DNA of 63,108 nt, filler included, from Reclinomonas americana ATCC 50394 (taxonomy: Eukaryota), in NCBI GenBank assembly GCA_048213135.1. It is 19 parts of 19 records of this genome, joined end to end, with 100 filler letters (N's around TTAATTAATTAA, not from the genome) between each part and the next. Parts side by side here need not be neighbours in the genome. Positions count along the whole stretch, not along the records: positions 50,113 to 55,790 come from AFZH01020130.1; positions 55,891 to 57,180 come from AFZH01020131.1; positions 57,281 to 63,108 come from AFZH01020132.1; 16 more parts are not named here. One strand, given 5' to 3'. A program made the translations under genes and the position numbers. The notes beneath the pieces were generated by a model. The model worked only from the letters and a program-made list of their open reading frames with translations. It ran no database searches and was not told where the DNA came from. This document shows, one piece after another, positions 55,505 through 63,108 of the stretch (the stretch's first letter is position 1; each line of letters starts with the position of its first letter).

Positions 55505-55543
55505 CGGCGTTTCCTCGGTGCGTTCTTCGTCAATGCAACGACT

Positions 55544-55670
55544 TGTCATTCCGAGGCGGCCCGCAGGGTCGAACCCGGAACCCACGACTGGGTGATACGA
55601 CTTTCACTGGACAGGGGCTCACCCGGTCGTGGGTTCCGGGTTCATCGCTGCGCGATGCCCCGGAATGACA
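55544..55670. repeat. Intergenic palindromic element (REP/RIME-like, GTCATTCC type)
   Basis: Terminal IR TGTCATTCCG(A/G)GGC..GCCCCGGAATGACA and inner IR GAACCCGGAACCCACGAC..GTCGTGGGTTCCGGGTTC. Confidence 0.85.
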
Positions 55671-55674
55671 GAGG

Positions 55675-55790
55675 TTACTCCGCCGCCACGCGCTGGCTGC
55701 CCCAGCTTCCGACGATCTTGCGCAGTTCGGCGCGCTCGCTGTCGTTCAGCTCCGGCAGGCCGGGCAGGCGCACCGGCCCGACATCGGTGC
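55675..55790 (-). CDS. C-terminus of a probable DHDPS/aldolase-family protein
   Basis: DVGPVRLPGLPELNDSERAELRKIV..VAAE*, upstream of the dehydratase. Confidence 0.6.
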
Positions 55791-55890
55791 NNNNNNNNNN
55801 NNNNNNNNNNNNNNNNNNNNNNNNNNNNNNNNNNTTAATTAATTAANNNNNNNNNNNNNNNNNNNNNNNNNNNNNNNNNNNNNNNNNNNN

Positions 55891-56310
55891 GTTGACGAGG
55901 TCTTCCAGGTCGCCGTGCTCGGTCGCCTGCGCCATCTCGTCGATCAGGCGGGCCATCTCGGCGATCTCGGCCTGGCTGATCCGGTTGGCGGCGATATGGG
56001 TCATGACGCTTTCGAGCGCGGCGCGGCCGAGCGCCATTTCCAGCGCCTGGCGGGCCGAAAACTCGACGAAGACGCCGCGGCGCGCCTCGGTCCGGACCAG
56101 CCCTTCGCTCTCCAGCATGCGGATCGCGTCCTTCACCGGCGTGGTCGAGACCCCCAGCATGTCGGCGAGCTGGCGCTCGTTCAGCCGCTCGCCCTCGCGG
56201 AACGTTCCCGCGACGATCGCCCGGCGCAGGCGCTCGTGCACATGCTCGCGCAGCGAGCGCAGCAGATGCGGCGAGACCGGTTCGATGGCGAGCGCGTTCG
56301 ACATTCCCAT
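55891..56310 (-). CDS. GntR-family regulator, partial
   Basis: SLREHVHERLRRAI..GERLNERQLADMLGVSTTPVKDAIRMLESEGLV. Confidence 0.92.
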
Positions 56311-56401
56311 TCCCCTGGCGAGGCCGCGGCACGATTCGATTGCCGGAGCTAGCCTGTCGCCATTGCCTCACCAGACACCATAAAGCGCAAGCGACATCAA
56401 G

Positions 56402-56426
56402 TCTGAAATTTCAGATTTCAAATCTG
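56402..56426. promoter_or_regulatory. Overlapping palindromes, candidate GntR operator
   Basis: TCTGAAATTTCAGA (56402-56415) and CAGATTT-C-AAATCTG (56412-56426) in the divergent intergenic region. Confidence 0.6.
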
Positions 56427-56510
56427 GAATTGCGTGCTATGGAGTCGAGCAAGACGGCCGCAAGACGCCGGAACGGCAAGGGCCGGATGGATCACGAGAG
56501 GGAGGATTGG

Positions 56511-57180
56511 ATGACATCGATCACACGCCGCGGCCTGCTCGCCGGAGCCGGCGCCATGCTGGCAGCATCGGCCTTGACGCCTGCCTGGGCGCAGAGCGGC
56601 TATCCCGGCAGCAGGGTCGTCACCATCGTGGTGCCCTTCGCCGCCGGTGGAACCACCGACCTGCTCGGCCGTATTCTGGCCGACCGGCTGAGCGCGCGCC
56701 TCGGCGGCAAGTTCATCGTCGAGAACCGGGCCGGGGCCGGCGGCAATACCGGTGCGGCGGCGGTCGCGAAGGCCGATCCGGACGGCTACATGCTGACCAT
56801 GGGCACGGTCTCCAGCCATGCGATCAATCCGGCCGTCTACTCGAAGATGCCCTATGACCACATCAAGGATTTCGCGCCGATCTCGCAGGTGGCGAGCGTG
56901 CCGAACATCCTGATGGTCAATCTCGATTTGCCGGCCAAGACGGTGCCGGAGCTGATCGAGCTCCTGAAGAAAATCCGGGCAAATACTCCTTCGGCTCCTC
57001 GGGTGCCGGCACCTCGACCCATATGGCGGCGGAGCTGTTCAAGGTCGCGACCGGGACCGACATGGCTCATGTGCCCTACCGGTCGAGCGGGCAGGTGACG
57101 CAGGACCTGCTCTCCGGCCAGATCCAGCTCAGCTTCGACAACATCACCATCGCCTGGCCGCATGTCGAAGCCGGCAAGAT
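56511..57180 (+). CDS. Bug/TctC tripartite tricarboxylate transporter binding protein, partial, one frameshift near 56970
   Basis: Tat signal ITRRGLL; IVVPFAAGGTTD; ENRAGAGG; PDGY; HVPYR after a short A-run frameshift. Confidence 0.92.
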
Positions 57181-57280
57181 NNNNNNNNNNNNNNNNNNNN
57201 NNNNNNNNNNNNNNNNNNNNNNNNTTAATTAATTAANNNNNNNNNNNNNNNNNNNNNNNNNNNNNNNNNNNNNNNNNNNN
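57181..57280. other. Artificial contig spacer, bacterium-to-eukaryote junction
   Basis: N44-TTAATTAATTAA-N44. Confidence 0.99.
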
Positions 57281-57360
<80 letters not shown>

Positions 57361-57373
57361 GAGAGAGAGAGAG
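57281..57373. repeat. (GA)n microsatellite at the contig start
   Basis: Near-perfect GA run. Confidence 0.95.
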
Positions 57374-57757
57374 AATGCATGTTCAGGTGCTGATGAAGCG
57401 GCGAGATGCTTTCGACGGAGTGAGATTCAATTGTGCATTGAGTGCTTTGAACAGAGAAGTGATGTGCTTGGCACACTGAGAGGCAGAGAAGGTTTGCTTG
57501 GGTCTTTCTCTATGTGCTCTGTTCGTTCTGTTCTCTCTCTTCTCTCTCTTCTCTCTCTTCTCCCCTCTCCCCTCTTCTCTCTTTTCTCTCTTCTCTCTTC
57601 GCTCTCTTCTCCCTCTTCTCTCTTCCTCTCTTCCGCCCCCGTCTTTCCGTCCCTTTGTATTCACTAGTCTCCAGTCCCAATCTTGTCCTGGCGTCTCCCC
57701 TGCCTCACATGCTCACGCGAGAAATGGCCCGTTGCTTATTATCGTATTGCCTCGCAG

Positions 57758-60700
57758 AGGTCCTCGCCGACGTGGCCTTTGATCGCTCAAGCGGCGTTAG
57801 ATTGGATGCCGATTCGCTCGGCGTGCAGAGCGCGGTAAGGAAGCACTCACGGCCATTTTATTCCTGCTCTTCGCTGACCACATGCTTGCAGCGCCGCGGC
57901 GAGTCCGTCGACGTGTGTGCGATTATCGACAATGCGTGTGACGCCATCGAGCGGATCAGTCGCGAGATCGTGCACAAGCCGTCGCACTCGCAGAAGAGAG
58001 GTGAGGCATCCCCAGCACTGTTATCGGTGTCATTGCCAAACAACGTCGTCGATGTTGTTGTTGTTGCTGCTGCTTCTGCCTTTCTCTCTTGCTGTGACTG
58101 TTTCTTGGCGTGTCTCTCCGTTTCTGATTGTGAGTCTCTCTTTGTCTTTCTGTCTTACATTTTGTGTGTTTCTGTGCTTGTCCTTATGTCTCTGTCTCTC
58201 TCCCTCTCTGTATGCGCATGTGCCACCATGTCTCTCTTTATCGCTGCCTCTTCCTCAGCGTGTGTTTATCTATCTCTCTGTCTCTCCACCCGTTTTTGCA
58301 CTTCGCTCCTAACGTGCAGCTTTGTGTATCCGTCACTTTCTCTCTTCTTTCACTTGTGTGTTTCTGTTGTCTCCCTCTCGCGCTCTCTTTCACTGTTTCT
58401 CTCTGGGCGCGTCTCTTTCTATCACTCTCTGTATGTTCCTATCTCTCTCCTCTCTCACTATCTCTCTTCACAATGCGTATCTCGTTTGTATCTGTCTCTC
58501 TGCCTCTCATTCAATCTGTGTCTTCCTATGTTTGTTTCTCTCTCCCTCTCCCTCTGCGCCCTCCCTTCCCTCACTCTCCCCCTCTCCCTCTGTTGTGCCC
58601 TCACTTCCCCCCTCTCGCGGCAGCCCCCCTCCTCCCCGGCGCGCAAGACCAAGTGCACGAGTTTGGCGAGCTGCTGGCCTCCCGCCGGCAATACACGACT
58701 GCGCTGGGCGCCTTCAACCGCGACGTGGCCGACATGCTGCAGTCGGTGGAGGCCTCCATCGAAGACCTGCAAGACGATGTGGCGAGCTCCACGACGCGGC
58801 TCAGCTATTCGCGTGCTCGGGTGTGTGGACTGTGAAGTGTGTATTCTGTGAAATTTGTTGCTCATGTGGCGGTGGTGATGTGCAGCTGGAGGAGCAGGCG
58901 GCAGCGGCGGCCGCAGCGCGCACGCCGGGTCGTGTCAGGTGAGAGAAAGAGGAAGAGAGAAGGCGATGAGCAGCAGCAGATTGAGGAGACTGAAGACAAG
59001 AGAATCCAAGGCCGAAGAGCCATACACACACGCATCGCGCACCAGCAGAACGAAGAAAGAGTGACAACAAGTGCGAGAGAGTGCACTCGACTACGAGCGT
59101 TGGAACGTGAGGGAGTCTCCTCTCTCTTCGCCCTCACTTTCGTGGCGCCTCACAGTCAACGCAATGCGCTCTCTCTGGCACCACCGACGCCCGCCCCGTA
59201 CGCCCAGCATCAGCAGCACCAGCAAGGACCCGCTGTGACTCCGTACAATGTCCGACGGGCACTGCCACTCGGAGCCACCGCGGAGACGCCGTGGGATGAG
59301 GGTGCGTTTCGAGAGGGGAGGGAGTTGCCGAGTCATTTTCTCACAATCTTGTTTCACTGCAGATAAGAGCGCGCAAGACCGTGTCGCGCAGAGTGTGTAT
59401 CGCGCTGCACGGCGTGGTCGCATCGACGAGGACGAGGGTGTGCGGCGGATTGAGTTTGGTGCGTTCAAATCTGGATGAATGCGCCAACCGTCCATCATTT
59501 GTGAGCCGGCTCAGTCTCTCTATTTCTCTTGCTGTGTATCTCTCTCGCACACACACTCTTTCTCTCTTTCTATCTCTGTTTCTCTGTTTTTCTCACTCTA
59601 TTTCTCTCTCTCCTTCTTAGTATCTCTCTCTCTCACACACACTCTTTCTCTCTTTCTGTCTCTGTTTCTCTTTTTTTCTTCACTCTCTGTTTCTCTCTCT
59701 CCTTCTTAGACTCTCTCTCTCTCTCTCTGTATGTGTGTGTGTGTCTCTCTCTGTTATTCTCTCCACACCTTTTTGGTCCCCCTTTCTCCCTCTCATCCCC
59801 CCCTCTCTCTTCCCTCCCCTTCCCCCTCACAGACGACGACAGCGGCCTGTCATCCGCCACCACGCGCTCCTCCGACATTGACGACCTCGGGGCGGCGGCC
59901 AAGCGACGCACCCCCGTTCGACCCGCCATTCACCGAATCGGTTCCGGCACGGCCACCAGCACCACCACGGCCACAACTGTGGCTCCTCCGCCTGCGGTGG
60001 CCGTGGCGAATCCGCGCGCTGCAGTGCCGCCCGTGAACTTCCCCGTCGATCCTTCGCCGCCGACCTCGCCGGAATGTTGCGTCTTACGAATGATTGAGTT
60101 GCTGGACAGCTGCTGATACTCTCCCCTTTTGCAGTCCCCAATCGTGCTGGTGGTGGTGGAGGAGGGGGACGCAAGACTCCGCGCAAGGTTTCATTCGATC
60201 TGGATGCTGCGGAGGCAATGGGCATTGTCGAAGCAGCAGGGCCGGCGACGGCGCAAGTCTCACTCTCGCAGTTAGCCGTGCAGCGTGCGGCGCCGCAGGT
60301 CGCAGCAGCAGCAGCACCTGCTGCCGCCAAGAAGAAGGATCCTTATGTTTCGTTACTCGGGAGAGATGGTTGCTGTCTGTACTCTGTGTCTGGCGACTGA
60401 ACGTCTCTCACGCCCTCTATCACTCTCTCTTGTCTTTTGTTCTCTCAGTATCTGTCTCTGTTTCTTCTCGTTTTCTCACTTTGTCTGCGTGCTCTCTGCC
60501 CACTCGGTGGTTGTTATCTCTCCCTCTCTCTCTGGTCGAATCCCGCTTCCTCTCTCTCTCTCTCTCACCCCGACCCTTGCTTTCTTTCCCTTGTGCCCCT
60601 CCCTCTCTCCCTCCCTCTTCTCACCCCTCCTTCTCCTCGTGCAGGACATCTTCCGCTCCTCGGCCTATCCGCAGCGACAGCACCTGCTCAAGCTGGCCGA

Positions 60701-61406
60701 CGAGGTGGCGGACTTTATGATGGCCGAGGACGGCGAAGATGACCACCACCGCGGCCGGCCTTCGTCGTCGTCGTCATCGCTGCCTCCCTCGTTCACCACC
60801 GCCACTGGTGACAGCGGTCGCATGGCCGTGGGGTCGACCGTAGATGCGCTGTTTTCGCAAGAGGCTTTTAGGCCTCGGAAGGAGCTGCCGCGCACGCCGG
60901 AGAGACCGACGTCGGAGGAGCAGTCGTCGCCTGCCGTGCAGCCGAACGGCAAGTCGACAGAGGGTGATGTCGGTTCACCGCAGCGCGATCGATCGGGTGG
61001 ACCTCGGCGACCGGCGCTGTCGAAGCCACCACCGCCTCCTGCGACGGCAGAGGTTGCCGTGGATCGGCAAGCCGAGGCGGCGGAGGTGCGCGCGGGATTG
61101 GCGCGCATGGGCCTTCTAGTCTCGGGTGATGATGATGACGACGATGATGGTGTCGATGGTGATGATGATCTACTGCCGCTCGACGCGTTTGACACGCCGC
61201 ACGATGACGATGATGGGGCACATCTGCATCTGGTGGACGACGACGATGATGTTGAGGGTGACGATGACGATGATGGGCCGATTCGCGGTCGCGTGCTGTT
61301 CGAGTCGGACACGCCGGCCGCCACGCCGGTGCAGCAGCCGCCACCGGCGTCGTCTGTGAATATCTATATTGAGAGTGATGAGGAGGAGGAGGAGGACGGG
61401 CGGTGA
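57758..61406 (+). CDS. Multi-exon hypothetical protein (helical/coiled segment, then Pro/Ser-rich and Asp-rich tail); 5' end unclear
   Basis: GC-rich exons (approx. 57890-58000, 58624-58820, 59833-60075, 60645-61406) separated by CT-rich GT..AG introns. No domain recognised. Confidence 0.6.
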
Positions 61407-61920
61407 GGGTGAAGGGAAGGGAGGATAAGTACAGTGCACGAGATTATTGATTGGAGTAGAATGGCGAAGGATGACAGGTGCTTTGTATGCTGTTCACTCT
61501 GATCTGCCTATCGCGCAGTAGTGCTTCGTTATCCCGGAGACATGGAACTGGCCGTGGCTTTGCTTTGTTTGCCTGGCTTATGGCCTTTTCTCGAATTCGA
61601 TGTGCCGTGTACGATCGCAGAAAACGCTGTGCGTCTTGTGCAAGTGCGTCAAATCCACTGTTCAACCACGCTTACGCGGTGAAGATCGCAGTTCTCGACT
61701 TGTTCGGGGCTACGCACACAAGAAGACTTGCTGCAGACGCCCTCAAGACTGGCGCTTGCGTTGACGTGTTGCATATGGTTGGACTTCGTCATCGAGACAT
61801 GCATATGTGCAGCTGTCAATTGCGGCTGCTGGTGCTGGTGCTGCAGCTGCTGCAGAAAACGTCGTTGAGAGTTGTCAACTTCCAGTCCTATGCGTCCCAT
61901 CGGAGTTTTTGCCAGCAACG

Positions 61921-62813
61921 ATGCGCTTGCATCTCCTGCTCGTCGTGGCCCTGGTGGTCTCCCTGAGTGTCACCAGCGCGCTGGCCGACTGCCAGCCGTC
62001 ACGCAACAGCGTTGTCGCCGCTCGTTTCAAGCCGGGCCAAGACATTTTTGTTACGCTCTCGTTGCATTCGCTGCATGCATCCGCGTTGCACTCACTTGCT
62101 AACCGCAGGTGGAGCTGGGTGCGCTGGTGGAGGAGTACCAGCTGGAGGTCAGTGAGTAAGCGAGCTCAACGTGTGCGTGAGCGCGTGCCTCATGTCATCG
62201 CAGGCGGCCTATGTGATCACATGTGTCGGATCGCTTACCAAAGGTTAGACGCACGCCTCTTGCCTGCCCTCCCCCTGCGTGTCGCACTCACGATGCATGT
62301 CACACCTGCAGCGAGTATCCGCTTTGCCAATCAGCCAAACGGTATCCCACTCACTGCGACTGCCCTCTTTGCCAATCGTCACTCACCATCGATGCAGCCA
62401 CGATTCTGGAGGGCCACTTTGAGATCACGAGCCTGGTGGGCACGCTCGGTGTCAAGGCCGGTCCCCATGTGCACATTACAGTGGCGGATGAGTTGCGTGC
62501 CTCGGTCTTGAACAGTAGGAAGCGTTACTGACGATCGAGTGATGCAGACAAGGCAAGGCGATTGGCGGTCACTTGATGTTGCGTCTGCTTGCTGCGCTGT
62601 GTGTGTCGTGGCGATCGCTCATCTCTGTGCTTGTGTGAAAGGCCCGGGTCGGTGATCTATACGACGGCGGAGGTGGTGCTGGGGGAGGCGCAGGATTTGC
62701 TGTTTACGCGGCAGTATGTGCCGCCGCCGGACTCGGGGTATGAGGAGTTGGTGGTGTCGTGTAGGAATCCGTCGCCGTGGGTGGCGGTGTGGGGGGAGGA
62801 GGAGAGGGAGTGA
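61921..62813 (+). CDS. Multi-exon PPC/DUF296 domain protein with signal peptide
   Basis: MRLHLLLVVALVVSLSVTSALA; ARFKPGQD; AAYVITCVGSL; FEITSLVGTL..PHVHITVAD; AIGGHL; IYTTAEVVLGE..SGYEEL. Confidence 0.85.
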
Positions 62814-63108
62814 AGGGATGGAAGGGGTGTACAAGGGACTTGGAAAAACTGTAATTCTTCTTCTCGTTGTCTTCTGCTCCTCGCCCTTCCATCGTCGGAC
62901 CTCAACTGGTTTTCATGGGTGCTGAACATCCTCACCTTGTGCCTTGCCAGTTCGTAATACAAACTCGACGATCCCGCCACGGCGACATTGGTGGCAGGCA
63001 GTGCGGCCTCGGTAGCTGCGGCCATTGTCGCGTGCATTCTGCTGATGTTGGTGGCCAAGTGGGTCCTGCTGTCTTCTCGCCGCCATGCAAAACTTCCTCA
63101 ACTTACAT

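Noticed and set aside
59536..59709. ~88-bp tandem duplication in an intron (also 14-bp units at 16455-16560)
   Set aside because: Low-complexity CT/GA slippage products, ordinary for these introns.
61444..61918. Short minus-strand ORFs between two genes
   Set aside because: No recognisable domain or convincing splice model; cannot support a gene call.
62657..63108. Minus-strand 133-aa ORF at the window end
   Set aside because: It could be the 3' end of a neighbouring gene, but it overlaps the DUF296 last exon and has no recognisable motif.

Overview
This window is not one contiguous piece of one genome. It is a concatenated draft assembly. Bases 1-16660 and 57281-63108 are intron-rich eukaryotic DNA (GC-rich exons, GT..AG introns full of CT microsatellite on the sense strand; probably a free-living protist, taxon not determinable by eye). 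These flanks carry an ACSF2-like acyl-CoA synthetase, an intronless WD40 gene, a small multi-TM protein gene, two large low-complexity genes and a secreted PPC/DUF296 protein. Bases 16761-57180 are 17 short contigs of a high-GC alphaproteobacterium (Hyphomicrobiales, Bosea-like by inference), joined by 18 identical 100-bp N44-TTAATTAATTAA-N44 spacers and apparently still in genomic order. They carry sox genes, a CueR-type copper module, assorted transport/catabolic genes and a ~22-kb ABC-transporter-dependent surface polysaccharide locus (wbpABDE, wbpG/hisH2, wzm/wzt, several tailoring enzymes). Untrimmed SOLiD/Ion Torrent mate-pair adaptors and homopolymer frameshifts are visible. The most novel-looking signals are: (i) three consecutive eukaryotic genes each preceded by a tandem duplication of upstream DNA, in two cases including the gene's own 5' coding end, which creates abortive uORF copies; (ii) the tailored glycan locus, with a candidate three-component GT-C system and an orphan DUF2793 fibre-like gene; (iii) a small unknown gene under a clean LexA box. 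All calls are from reading the sequence; no searches were run.
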